Positions 1 to 9,217 of a stretch of DNA of 64,000 nucleotides are shown here, one piece after another. Under the pieces are notes generated by a model. It was given only the letters and a program-made list of their open reading frames with translations, made no database searches and was not told the origin of the DNA. This stretch comes from Candidatus Latescibacterota bacterium (GTDB lineage: Bacteria; Latescibacterota; UBA2968; UBA8231): positions 320,001 through 384,000 of the forward strand of contig CBDCSU010000005.1 of assembly GCA_965221775.1 (NCBI GenBank), read 5' to 3'. Within the stretch, counting starts at the first letter, position 1. Each line of letters begins with the position of its first letter. Position numbers and translations under genes: made by a program.

Positions 1-335
1 ATCGTGCCGGCGCGCTCGAAGGGGGCGTTGGCGCCGGAGGGAATGGAGAACTTCACCTGCTGCCGGGCGACGCCGCTCACCGGGGGCGAGTCCAGGGTCA
101 GACGCCGGGTCTCCATGTACTCGCCGGCGACGACGGATACCCGGTAGTCCCCGCTCTTGAGATCCGAGTAGGTGGAGGTGCCGGCCTTTCCGAGCCGGTT
201 GTGGTGCATCTGCAGGTCCTGCGCGTCGAGCCGCAGCAACTGCCCGTCGCCGCCCTCGATCTCGACGACGACCTCGTTGCTGCCGCATGCGGCCAGGGCC
301 ATGCAGGCGGCGGTCAGGCTAGCTGCGTACCTCAC
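1..335 (-). CDS. Putative lipoprotein, 3' end runs off the window
   Basis: Read by hand: GGAGG RBS then GTG at 335, giving VRYAASLTAACMALAA-C-GSNEVVVEIEGG... with lipobox LAAC; open to position 1. Confidence 0.7.
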   Translation of the reverse strand, partial: MRYAASLTAACMALAACGSNEVVVEIEGGDGQLLRLDAQDLQMHHNRLGKAGTSTYSDLKSGDYRVSVVAGEYMETRRLTLDSPPVSGVARQQVKFSIPSGANAPFERAGT

Positions 336-441
336 GTTTCCTCCGTGCGGGCTTCGGTTCGTCGAACGGGTTGGAGGGCGGTCCGCCGGCCGGTGACGGC
401 GCGTGGGCCGCGGCGAAGCCGTCCCGAGGAGCGGTGCCGCC

Positions 442-942
442 CTACTGGAACAGGTCCTTGACCTTGCCCCAGGTGCTGATGCTGACGTCGGTCGAGGCTC
501 CCGGGGCGATGTCCGGCCACCCGGCCCCGGCGATTACCTGCCGGGCTTCGGCCCCGGGGCCGCTGGACACCACGGACCCCTCGTGCTCGATCAGGAGGTG
601 GTCGGAGCCGCCGGCGGCGCGCTCGCGCAGCCAGCCGGCGACCGGCCCCGGCCTGGAGGACTCGGAGAGCAGCTCCTGCAGAGCCACCGTCGTCAACCCC
701 GGGACCCGTGCGGGCGAGGGCGTGACGGCGGTCCACTCGACCTCCGGCAGGCCGCGGATCAGGCGATGGGTGGTCCGGGCGCGTTCGACCTGGCCTGCCA
801 TGGCGGGATCGAAATAGAAATAGCAGTGGTGGCCGGCCGCCTCGGGGCCGGAGGCCCTCGACCCGGGCGGCCCCAGGAGGAGCAGGGCCAGCGCCAGGGC
901 CGGCCCCGGGAGGATGCGCAGGGTGTCGTGGCTGGAGGTCAT
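442..942 (-). CDS. Small secreted protein with C-terminal TWGKVK motif
   Basis: Hydrophobic signal PALALALLLLG; ends STDVSISTWGKVKDLFQ; start overlaps the upstream stop. Confidence 0.7.
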   Translation of the reverse strand: MTSSHDTLRILPGPALALALLLLGPPGSRASGPEAAGHHCYFYFDPAMAGQVERARTTHRLIRGLPEVEWTAVTPSPARVPGLTTVALQELLSESSRPGPVAGWLRERAAGGSDHLLIEHEGSVVSSGPGAEARQVIAGAGWPDIAPGASTDVSISTWGKVKDLFQ

Positions 943-1946
943 TCCGCGCGCAGCGCGTCGTTGAGACGGATGCTGTCGACGCCTTCCAGGACCCGGCTCT
1001 TCGACAGGTGTTCGCTCAGGATCTGCTCGACCTGGATGGTGCCGACGCGGCTCGGCAGAGTCTTGCCCAGCACCTCGCCGGTCTCGGGGTCCGTCAGCTC
1101 CTGGCCCTGGTCCCAGACGGCGAACTTGTCGCCGTTCCGGATGCCGTCGGCCAAGCCGAGGTTAATGTACGCGACGGCGCCGTCTACTACCATGATCCTC
1201 CCGGCGACCTCGAGGGAGGGAGGGGGCCGGATCTGCTCGGCGATGGCGGCGGCGGCGTTCTTGGCCCAGGCCGCCAGGGCCTTGCCCACCAGGGACTCGC
1301 GGAAGGTGTCCGAATTCCAGGCGAGATCGTCGAGGAAGAAGTACTGCTTGTCGAGAGGGACGAAGGCGGCCGGGTTGGTGATCCCCGTGCGCTTGCTGTC
1401 CATCACCCCCTCGGTGGACAGCTCCCCTCCCCGGCGCCCGTCGATGGCGTTGACCAGGGTGAGGTCGGCCATGACGATGCCCTCGTAGCTGCGGTATCCG
1501 CCGAGGGGCACGGTGGCCTGGAACCGCTTCATCGTCAGCTCCTCGATGTTGCCGAGGATCACCCAGTCGGCGCCGAGAAAGGCGCCGATGCCGGCCGCGC
1601 GAGCGTGTCCGATCTCGCCGGTGAGCTCCGGCGGTTCCAGGTAGGCCAGGGCCGAGTCGACGGGGACGATGTGGTAGAAGCTGTTGTGGGCGAGGCTGTC
1701 GCCCAGGGTCCTCGCCAGGCCGCGGTGGATGTCCCAGGCCCCCTTGTACTTGGAGCTGTCGAGGAACGGCAGCAGCAGGATCTTCTGTCCCAGGAAGTCC
1801 GTGCCGTCGTGGGGGATCAAGGGCGGCGGCAGCGGCGCCTCGGCGGCCGGCTCGGCGGCGGGTTCCTCCGCCTCCTCCTCCTCCATCATCACCACCGACT
1901 CGAGGCCCGGCATGGTGGCGCAGGCCCCCAGGAGCAGGCCGCTCAT
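939..1946 (-). other. CsgG/FlgT-C-like lipoprotein moiety, possibly translated separately
   Basis: In-frame ATG at 1946 (MSGLLLGAC), acidic/Ala-Pro linker, then ILLLPFLD...GADWVILGNIEEL. Confidence 0.5.
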
Positions 1947-3275
1947 GGCGAGAGCGGCGGCCAGGGGCGCCCGGCCCTTGACCGCCGGCCGCGGCCTGCG
2001 GCTGCGCGCCAGGACGTACGGCCCCCGGGGGACGACCGCCACCGGCGCCTCTTCCCCGTGACCGATCCTGGCGGCCTGGATGCCCGCTTCGACGGAGGGG
2101 ACCGGCTCCACAAGGCCTCGCAGGTGGGGGCCGCCGGCGTCGACGCCCTCGCTGTAGAGCAGCACCCGGGCCCGGCGCAGGACCTTGCACAGCTCCTGGA
2201 GCTGCCACTGGTCGATGCGGAAGAACCCGGGGTCCTTGAGCCTCTCCTCGAAGGCCTCGACGCTCTCCGTCTCCTCGAGGAGCTGGACGAACTCGGGGCT
2301 GCCCAGGCCCTCGGCGCAGCGCGCCGCCAGCACGATCGTGCCCCCGTCGGCGACCACGGGCCGCACCGCGGTCAGTCCCTTGACCGCCTGGTAGAAGGTC
2401 AGGTCCAGGGGATAGCCGGCGCTCGTGGTGACCACGATCGGGACCGGCTCCTCGACCCAGGCGGAGGCCCCGGCCTCGACGAAGGCCACCCCCGCCGCGT
2501 GGGCCTCCTCGAGATCGCCGGCGAAGATCCCCGTCACCTCCCTGCGGTGGTTCATGGCCACGTTGAGGGTGAAGTCCACGCCGACCCGCAGGGCGACTTC
2601 GAGAGCCTGGCGGTGGAACGGATTGCCGTCGATGACGCCCTCCGCCGACCGGGGGTGACTCATCAGCTCGGGCCCGTGGAGCACCCGGATCGTGTCGACG
2701 CCCACGATCCCGGGGCAGACCGCCTTGCGGCCCCCGGAGTATCCGGCCATCAGGTGCGGCTCGATCAGAGAGGTGGCGATCTTGAGGTCGGCCTCGACGT
2801 AGAGCCGGTCGATCCAGATCGGCGCACCGCCGGAAGTCCGGCCGAGATGGACGAGGCTCTCGCGGTCGCGGGCCCTGTGGTTCTCGATCCGGTAGTCGGC
2901 GGCCACCCGCGCCCCCACGAGCCGGACCAGCTCCTCTCCCTCGTTGGGCCGGTGCAGGCCGGTCCCCACCAGGATGGTGATGTTCCGGCGCTCGATCCCG
3001 GCCTCTTCGAGGGTGCGCAACAACGGCGGCAGGATGACGGGGTTGGGCACGGGCCGGGTGATGTCGGAGATGACGACGCAGGCGCTGCGGCGGCCCCGGG
3101 CCAGCCGCGCCAGGGCGGGGGCCCCGATCGGCTGCCGAAAGGCCTCCTCCAGCCGGGCGTCGACATCGTCCAGGGCGGGCACGTCGGCCATGTCCAGGAT
3201 CCGGGCCGCGGCCGGGATCTCTGCCTCGAGGCCGTGCTCTCCGTAGTCCAGGCGCAGGCGGCGGGTGGATGGCAT
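939..3275 (-). CDS. larA: Nickel-dependent lactate racemase (LarA) family domain, fused in frame to a CsgG/FlgT-like lipoprotein
   Basis: N-terminal ~425 aa has LarA motifs VISDITRPVPN, GTGLHR, IEPHLMAGYSGGRK, GYPLDLTFYQAVKG, DQWQ. C-terminal ~335 aa has LLLGAC, a CsgG-like segment and FlgT-C-like YINLGLADGIRNGDKF...DPETGEVLG. No stop between them. Confidence 0.75.
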   Translation of the reverse strand: MPSTRRLRLDYGEHGLEAEIPAAARILDMADVPALDDVDARLEEAFRQPIGAPALARLARGRRSACVVISDITRPVPNPVILPPLLRTLEEAGIERRNITILVGTGLHRPNEGEELVRLVGARVAADYRIENHRARDRESLVHLGRTSGGAPIWIDRLYVEADLKIATSLIEPHLMAGYSGGRKAVCPGIVGVDTIRVLHGPELMSHPRSAEGVIDGNPFHRQALEVALRVGVDFTLNVAMNHRREVTGIFAGDLEEAHAAGVAFVEAGASAWVEEPVPIVVTTSAGYPLDLTFYQAVKGLTAVRPVVADGGTIVLAARCAEGLGSPEFVQLLEETESVEAFEERLKDPGFFRIDQWQLQELCKVLRRARVLLYSEGVDAGGPHLRGLVEPVPSVEAGIQAARIGHGEEAPVAVVPRGPYVLARSRRPRPAVKGRAPLAAALAMSGLLLGACATMPGLESVVMMEEEEAEEPAAEPAAEAPLPPPLIPHDGTDFLGQKILLLPFLDSSKYKGAWDIHRGLARTLGDSLAHNSFYHIVPVDSALAYLEPPELTGEIGHARAAGIGAFLGADWVILGNIEELTMKRFQATVPLGGYRSYEGIVMADLTLVNAIDGRRGGELSTEGVMDSKRTGITNPAAFVPLDKQYFFLDDLAWNSDTFRESLVGKALAAWAKNAAAAIAEQIRPPPSLEVAGRIMVVDGAVAYINLGLADGIRNGDKFAVWDQGQELTDPETGEVLGKTLPSRVGTIQVEQILSEHLSKSRVLEGVDSIRLNDALRAE

Positions 3276-3288
3276 CCGTCCTCCTTCC

Positions 3289-4161
3289 TCAGAGGCGGGA
3301 GCGCAGGTAGTCGGCGAAGGCCGGGCCGTTCTCGGGGTCGGCGAGAGCGAAGTCGGCGAAGGCCCGGTAGTAGGTCAGTGGGGTTCCGATGTCGTAGCGC
3401 CGTTCGCCCGGGGCCAGCTGCACGCAGCGGACGCCGTCCCCCCATTCGAGGAGGCGGCGGATCGCGTCCGTGAGCCAGATCTCCCCGTTCATCCCCGGGT
3501 CGGTTGCGGCGATCGCCTCGAAGATGCGCGGGGTGAAGACATAGCGGGCGGCCACGGCCAGGCGGCTCGGGGCCTCCGAGGCGGCCGGCTTCTCGACGAT
3601 GCCGTCGATGGCGAAGGCCCCCCCGGCCCGGTCCTCGGCCGGCCTCACCACGCCGTACCTGGAGGTCTCTTCCAGCGGAACCTCCCAGACGGCGATCGTG
3701 GCGCTGGCGCCGGAGCGCTCGTGCTCGTCCACCAGGCGGCGGACGACGCCCGGTTGGCCCTGGGAGGCGAGGATCGTGTCGCCGAAGCCGACGACGAAGG
3801 ACTCGCCGCCGACGAACTCGGCCGCCAGCCGCACGGCATCGGCATTGCCCAGGGGACGCCGCTGCCGGACGTAGAAGAACTCGACACTCTCGCGGTCGTA
3901 GTCGACCTCCCCGATCCGGTCCTTGGCGCCGACGCGCGACTCGAGCTCCGGGTCGTCGTCGAAGTGGTCCTCGATGGACCGCTTCTTGCGGCCCGTGACG
4001 AAGAGGAACTTGCCGACCCCCTGCTCGATCATCTCCTCCACCACGTACTGGACCACCGGCTTGTAGCCTACGGGCAGCATCTCCTTGGGCTGGGACTTGG
4101 TCGCCGGCAACAGGCGAGTCCCCAGGCCGGCCACGGGCAGCACGGCTTTGTCGATCGCCAT
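3289..4161 (-). CDS. galU: UTP--glucose-1-phosphate uridylyltransferase
   Basis: MAIDKAVLPVAGLGTRLLPATKSQPKEMLPV, VEKP, GEIWLTDAI. Confidence 0.9.
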   Translation of the reverse strand: MAIDKAVLPVAGLGTRLLPATKSQPKEMLPVGYKPVVQYVVEEMIEQGVGKFLFVTGRKKRSIEDHFDDDPELESRVGAKDRIGEVDYDRESVEFFYVRQRRPLGNADAVRLAAEFVGGESFVVGFGDTILASQGQPGVVRRLVDEHERSGASATIAVWEVPLEETSRYGVVRPAEDRAGGAFAIDGIVEKPAASEAPSRLAVAARYVFTPRIFEAIAATDPGMNGEIWLTDAIRRLLEWGDGVRCVQLAPGERRYDIGTPLTYYRAFADFALADPENGPAFADYLRSRL

Positions 4162-4193
4162 CGGAGACCTTTCGGATCGGGCTGGATTGCAGC

Positions 4194-4221
4194 AATCTAG
4201 GGGTGGTTTCGATTTCAGCAA
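4194..4221 (-). promoter_or_regulatory. Putative sigma70 promoter for the galU-larA operon
   Basis: TTGCTG-16 nt-TAGATT on the minus strand, ~30 nt upstream of the galU ATG. Confidence 0.45.
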
Positions 4222-4285
4222 GGCGCGGGGAGGCCGCGAGGCCGCCGCCTGCGCGGCCCCTCGGAAGGGCCGGGATCGCCTCGAT

Positions 4286-5443
4286 ATGGCTGTGACTGCT
4301 CCAGGCCCGTCCGGTTCCTTGGCGCCGGCCGCCGGCCGCCTTTGCCGGATCCCGCGGCGCGGCGCCGGACTGGGCACCGCCCTCTCCCGCCGCCGGCTGG
4401 AGGAGCTGCTGGTACGCCTGCGCGGCCTGAGGATCGCCGTGGTGGGCGACTTCTTCCTCGACGCCTACTACGACTGCGACCCCGGCCTCGACGAGGCCTC
4501 CCTGGAGACGGGCAACACCTGCTACCAGGTCGTGCGCACCCGCCGTCAGCCGGGAGCCGCCGGCGCCGTCGCCGCCGACCTCGCCGCCCTCGGCGCCGGC
4601 AGCGTCCACGCCATCGGCTTCTGCGGGGAGGACGGGGAGGGTTGGGAGCTGCGGCGCGCCCTGGAGGGCCTCGGCGTCGAGATGGCCGGCTTCCTCACCG
4701 CGCCGGAGCGGCGCACGCCGACGTACGGCAAGATCTGCCAGGTGGGAAGGGACGGCGGCCGGCTCGTCCTCCGCCGGGAGCTGGAACGCCTGGACATCCG
4801 CAACCGGCGGCGGACGCCGCCGTGGGTGCAGGAAGGGCTGACCGGATACCTGCGCGCCGGGCGATGGGACGCCGTGGCCGTCGTCGATCAGGTCCCGGAC
4901 GCCGGCTGCGGCGTGGTCACGGCGGCCATGCGGTCCTGCCTGGAGGATCTGGCCGCGGGCCACCCGGAACGGTTGATCCTCGTCGATTCGCGGCAGCGCC
5001 TCCGCCGCTTCCCCCGGCTGCCGGTCAAGCCGAACCGCCGCGAGGCGGCCGCCGCCCTCGGACAGCCTCCGGCCCGCTCGGTCCGCGCCGCGGCGATGCA
5101 GGCCCGGCAGCTGGCGGCGGGAAGGCGGGCGGTCTTTCTCACCTTGGCGGAGAGAGGCCTGGTGGCGGCCGACCCCGGGGGGCCGTTGCACCACGTGGCC
5201 GGATTCCCGCCGCCATCCGGAGTGCCCGTCGACCCGGTGGGCGCCGGTGACTGCATCACCGCGGCCCTGACCTGCTGCCTGGCCGCCGGCGCCTCCCCGG
5301 TGGAGGCGGCGCTGGTGGCCAACCTGGCGGGCTCGGTCACGGTGCGGCAGATCGGCACCACCGGCACCGCGTCGCCGGCCCAGGTCCGCCGACGGTGGCG
5401 TGAAGTGGACGCCGGTGATGGCGGTCCCGGCCACGGCCGGTGA
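4286..5443 (+). CDS. PfkB-family kinase resembling the HldE/RfaE kinase domain (start uncertain)
   Basis: IAVVGDFFLDAY, PGAAGAVAADL, KPNRREA, VDPVGAGD anion-hole motif; no adenylyltransferase domain. Confidence 0.8.
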   Translation: MAVTAPGPSGSLAPAAGRLCRIPRRGAGLGTALSRRRLEELLVRLRGLRIAVVGDFFLDAYYDCDPGLDEASLETGNTCYQVVRTRRQPGAAGAVAADLAALGAGSVHAIGFCGEDGEGWELRRALEGLGVEMAGFLTAPERRTPTYGKICQVGRDGGRLVLRRELERLDIRNRRRTPPWVQEGLTGYLRAGRWDAVAVVDQVPDAGCGVVTAAMRSCLEDLAAGHPERLILVDSRQRLRRFPRLPVKPNRREAAAALGQPPARSVRAAAMQARQLAAGRRAVFLTLAERGLVAADPGGPLHHVAGFPPPSGVPVDPVGAGDCITAALTCCLAAGASPVEAALVANLAGSVTVRQIGTTGTASPAQVRRRWREVDAGDGGPGHGR

Positions 5444-5602
5444 GCCGCGCCCGGCGGCGGCCTCCGGAGCAGCGGACCGGGTGGACGCCTCCCGGAGTCC
5501 CTGCAAGGGAGTGCTTGCCGCCCTTGCCCGGGACCACCTTCGTCCTGACGTTAGCAGGCGGATTCACCCTGTCGGCCGGTTGTCCCGGCCAGGAGCGTCC
5601 CC

Positions 5603-7015
5603 TTGACCGATCGAAGCACTGCATCGCGGGCGGATCGATGGCGTACCGGCAGGCGGCCTCGCGGGGCCGCCCGGCTGCGGCTCTTCGCCGCCCTGCCGCC
5701 GGCGTTGTTCCTGCTCGCCTGCGGCCCGGACATCGAGGGGGCCATCGACGGCCTCGGCGACCCTTCCCACCACGACGACGCCCGCCAGCAGCTGATGCTG
5801 GCCAAGGAGCTCGCCGTCGATGCCCTCCTCGGCGCCCTCGAGGACCCCTCGAGGTCCCCCGTCCGCGCCGACCTCGTCGACGTGCTGGCCAGCATGAACC
5901 TGCGCGTCGAAGACCCGCGCATCGAGGCGGCCCTCAAGGACCATCTCGTGAACGACCCCGACCCGCGGGTGCGCGCGCGCATCGCCTGGTCGGCGCGCCT
6001 GCACGGGCGGGAGGCGTTTCTCGAGCCGCTGCTCGAGAGCGGGCTGACCGACCCCGACGGGGACGTGGTTCACCAGTCCATGGTCGCCATCGACGCCCTC
6101 GGTGGCGGTATGAGCCCGGAGCAGTCGGACGGGCGCTTCAGGAAGACCTTGGAGCTCATCTCCCATCCCCATCCGGAGGTGGCCCGGGAGGCCCGCATCT
6201 TCCTGGCCGACCACGCCGGCGCCCTCGTCGACGAGGGACGGGCCCTGGAGATCCAGGCCCGGACGGCCGAGGCCGAGTCCCTGTACGCGCGCGCCCTCGA
6301 GATCGTGCCCGGCGGCCGCTACGCCACCTACCGCCTGGCCCGCATGCACTTCGACGCCGGACGCCGCGACCAGGGTCTGGCCATGCTGCGCGCCAACGGC
6401 ATGCTCCTCGACGTGCCCCGCGTATCCGGCACCGTCGTCGCCGACGGCCGCCTCGACGAACCCCTCTGGGCCGAGGCCGCCTCGGCCAGCGACTTCTGGG
6501 TCTTCGTCTTCGCCCACAAGGCGGCCTTCCCCTCTCCGGTGGCCTCCGAGATCCGCCTCGCCCGCAGCGACGACGCCCTCTTCATCGGTTTCGTCGGTCA
6601 CGACGAGAGCCCCGACAGTCTCGTGGTGAACACCCGCGAGGAAGACGGCCAGATCTGGTGGGAGGACGTGCTCGAGATCTTCCTCGACGCCAGCCTCGAC
6701 CACCGCAGCTACATCCACATGGGCGTCAACAGCATCGGCGTGCGCGCCGATGCCGCGCACGAGGACGGCCTGGCGACGAAGGACATGACCTGGGACGCCG
6801 ACGCCGAGGTCGGCGCCTTCGTCCTGGACGACGCCTGGTCGGCGGAGGTCGTCCTGCGATTCGGCGGGCCCTGGCTGCCGCGCCCGGGGCCCGGGGACGT
6901 GTGGGGGGCCAACTTCGTGCGCTCCCACCGCGGCGCCGATTACAGCCAGTGGGTCCGCACCTTCGTCGGAGGCGGCCACGCCCCCGACGAGTTCGGGTTC
7001 CTCGTCTTCCAGTAG
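5603..7015 (+). CDS. Lipoprotein with HEAT-like repeats, a TPR and a C-terminal CBM9-like domain
   Basis: Lipobox LLAC; DPDPRVRARIAW and DPDGDVV repeats; AESLYARALEIVP; VADGRLDEPLW...EDVLEIFLD...WSAEV...GDVWGANFVR. Confidence 0.7.
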   Translation: MTDRSTASRADRWRTGRRPRGAARLRLFAALPPALFLLACGPDIEGAIDGLGDPSHHDDARQQLMLAKELAVDALLGALEDPSRSPVRADLVDVLASMNLRVEDPRIEAALKDHLVNDPDPRVRARIAWSARLHGREAFLEPLLESGLTDPDGDVVHQSMVAIDALGGGMSPEQSDGRFRKTLELISHPHPEVAREARIFLADHAGALVDEGRALEIQARTAEAESLYARALEIVPGGRYATYRLARMHFDAGRRDQGLAMLRANGMLLDVPRVSGTVVADGRLDEPLWAEAASASDFWVFVFAHKAAFPSPVASEIRLARSDDALFIGFVGHDESPDSLVVNTREEDGQIWWEDVLEIFLDASLDHRSYIHMGVNSIGVRADAAHEDGLATKDMTWDADAEVGAFVLDDAWSAEVVLRFGGPWLPRPGPGDVWGANFVRSHRGADYSQWVRTFVGGGHAPDEFGFLVFQ

Positions 7016-7076
7016 CCCCTGCTGACCCCCGGGGGAGTCCCGGCCTCGGACCGGCTCCTCTTCCCGCCGGCGCGCC

Positions 7077-7982
7077 TTACGACCGCACCCGCCCCAGGCC
7101 CATGGACTCGGCGGCCTCCACCACCCGGCGGCGCTCCTCGTCGGTCAGGGGACGCCCCGGCGGCCGCGGGTCGCCGCAGTCGACGCCCAGGCGATGGGAC
7201 ATGACCGCCTTGATCGCAGCGAGGTAGCGGTCTCCGCCCAGGGCGAAGACGGCCTGCACCAGTACGCGGGCGCGGCGCTGTGCGGCCTCGGCCCGGGGGA
7301 GGTCGCCCTTGCGGTAGGCGTCCCGGACCGCCAGCCAGACCGCGGGCTCGATCAGCGGCGGGCCGTCGACACAGCCCACGGCGCCGATGGACATGGCCGG
7401 CAGCATGGACATGCTGTTGCCGATGAAGCAGCGCAGGCCCATCTCCGCGAAGTCGTGCACCACCGGCTGGTTCCCCGAGGAGTGCTTGAGGCCGGCGAGC
7501 TGCGGCACCTCGTCGCGGATCCGGCGCGCCAGGTCGACGGTGATCTCCACCCCCGTCATGCCCGGCAGGTTGTAGAGGAACAGGGGCAGCCCCGCGGCGG
7601 CGCCCACCGCCCGGTAGTGCTCGACGATCTCGTCTTCGGAGCGGGAGTAGAACAGCGGAGGGACGCAGCAGATGGCGTCGGCGCCGGCCCGGGCGGCATG
7701 CTCGGCGAGGCGGACGGAGCGGCGGGTGGTGGGCGTGCCCACGTGCATGATGTTCGCCGCGCGCCCGGAGGCGCAGGCGGCGGCGAGGGTGGCCACGCGC
7801 ATGTTCTCCTCGTCGTCGAGGAGCACGCTCTCGCCGGTTCCGCCCGCGAGCCAGAATCCCTGCACGCCCGCCCGCAGGTTGAACTCCAGCACCCTCTCCA
7901 GGGCTCTCTCGTCGAGCCGGCCTTCCCCGTCCATCGGCGTGATCGCCGCCGGAAAGAGCCCCTCGAATCGATCCAGATCCAT
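7077..7982 (-). CDS. Dihydrodipicolinate synthase / N-acetylneuraminate lyase family aldolase
   Basis: PAAITP, GGTGES, LYNLP, Schiff-base lysine in GLKHSSG. Confidence 0.85.
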   Translation of the reverse strand: MDLDRFEGLFPAAITPMDGEGRLDERALERVLEFNLRAGVQGFWLAGGTGESVLLDDEENMRVATLAAACASGRAANIMHVGTPTTRRSVRLAEHAARAGADAICCVPPLFYSRSEDEIVEHYRAVGAAAGLPLFLYNLPGMTGVEITVDLARRIRDEVPQLAGLKHSSGNQPVVHDFAEMGLRCFIGNSMSMLPAMSIGAVGCVDGPPLIEPAVWLAVRDAYRKGDLPRAEAAQRRARVLVQAVFALGGDRYLAAIKAVMSHRLGVDCGDPRPPGRPLTDEERRRVVEAAESMGLGRVRS

Positions 7983-8205
7983 CCTGATCTCCCTCTCTCT
8001 GCCGTCCCTTGCCGCCTGAACGGTGCCCTGTCGGTCGGCGGTGACTAACCTTCCAGATCCACTGCCATCGCCTCGAATCGCCGTGTGACGCCGGGCGGCC
8101 CGGCCACTGGCGAAAGCGGCGCAATCTCGATCATGCCCCGGTGAGGAGCAAACCCGGCGCTCGCCGGGCGGCCCCTGCTACCCGATTCAGGATCGCCACC
8201 GGCCC

Positions 8206-9147
8206 ATGGAGTTGCACCGCCCCTCCGGAAGCGCCCTCCTCGGCCTGGCCCTCGGCCTGTTCACCGCCTGGATGTGGGGCACCCTCCCGGTGGCGCTGAA
8301 GATCCTGCTGCCCCACGTCGACGTGGTGACCCTGACCTGGTTCCGCTTCCTGGCGGCGGGCCTCCTGCTGCTGCCCCTGGCCCTGCCGAGGGCGCTCAGG
8401 GGCGCCGCCGGTCTGCGCGGCCTCCCCCTCGCCCTGCTGATCCTGACGGTGGCCGGCCTCACCGGCAATCACCTCGCTTTCCAGAAGGGGCTGGAGTTCA
8501 TCTCGCCCGGTAGCGCCCAGATCGTCATCCAGCTGGCGCCGGTCTTCATGCTCCTCGGCGGCATGCTGTGCTTCGGCGAGCGCTTCCGGCGGCGGCAGTG
8601 GCTGGGCGTGGCCCTCCTTCTCGCCGGTCTCGCCCTGTTCTTCAGCCCCCGCCGCGACGATCTCCTGGCCGACGTGGACCGCCAGGGCACGGGGGTGTTG
8701 CTCATCGCCGCCGCGGCCCTGCTGTGGGGGTTCTACATGATGGGGCAGAAGCAGTTGCTCCTGTTCATGCGCTCCGACGCCGTGCTCCTGCTGGTCTACC
8801 TGGCCGGCGCCGTCCTGCTGACCCCCGCCGCCGCCCCCTCGGCGGTGCTGGCCCTCGAAGGGCCGATGCTCGCCCTGCTGCTGAGCACCGGGGTGATGGC
8901 GGTCCTCTCCTACCTCGGCTTCGCCGCCGCCCTGGCCCGCGTCGAGGCTTCCCGGGTCGGCATGCTCATCGCCCTCACGCCGCTCTTCGTCCTGGCCAAC
9001 GTGCGGCTCCTCTCCAAGGTGAGGCCCGGCCTCCTGGAACCGGAGAGCGTCGGCGCGGTGAGTCTCTGCGGAGCGGCGTTGGTCGTTCTCGGGTCGATGC
9101 TGAGCGTCCTCGGAGACGCCCGGGACGAACGCCCGCCGGCGGCCTGA
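8206..9147 (+). CDS. EamA/DMT family transporter
   Basis: About 10 hydrophobic segments; WGTLPVALK, LTWFRF, QLAPVF...GERF. Confidence 0.85.
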   Translation: MELHRPSGSALLGLALGLFTAWMWGTLPVALKILLPHVDVVTLTWFRFLAAGLLLLPLALPRALRGAAGLRGLPLALLILTVAGLTGNHLAFQKGLEFISPGSAQIVIQLAPVFMLLGGMLCFGERFRRRQWLGVALLLAGLALFFSPRRDDLLADVDRQGTGVLLIAAAALLWGFYMMGQKQLLLFMRSDAVLLLVYLAGAVLLTPAAAPSAVLALEGPMLALLLSTGVMAVLSYLGFAAALARVEASRVGMLIALTPLFVLANVRLLSKVRPGLLEPESVGAVSLCGAALVVLGSMLSVLGDARDERPPAA

Positions 9148-9163
9148 CCCCGGCGCGTTCCCG

Positions 9164-9192
9164 TTGTGAAGCACCCCGCGGAGCCGTACGGT
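9164..9192 (+). promoter_or_regulatory. Putative sigma70 promoter for the 9218-15731 operon
   Basis: TTGTGA-17 nt-TACGGT, followed by AAGGAG RBS and GTG at 9218. Confidence 0.45.
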
Positions 9193-9217
9193 TAACGATC
9201 CAGGCAAGGAGTCCGCC

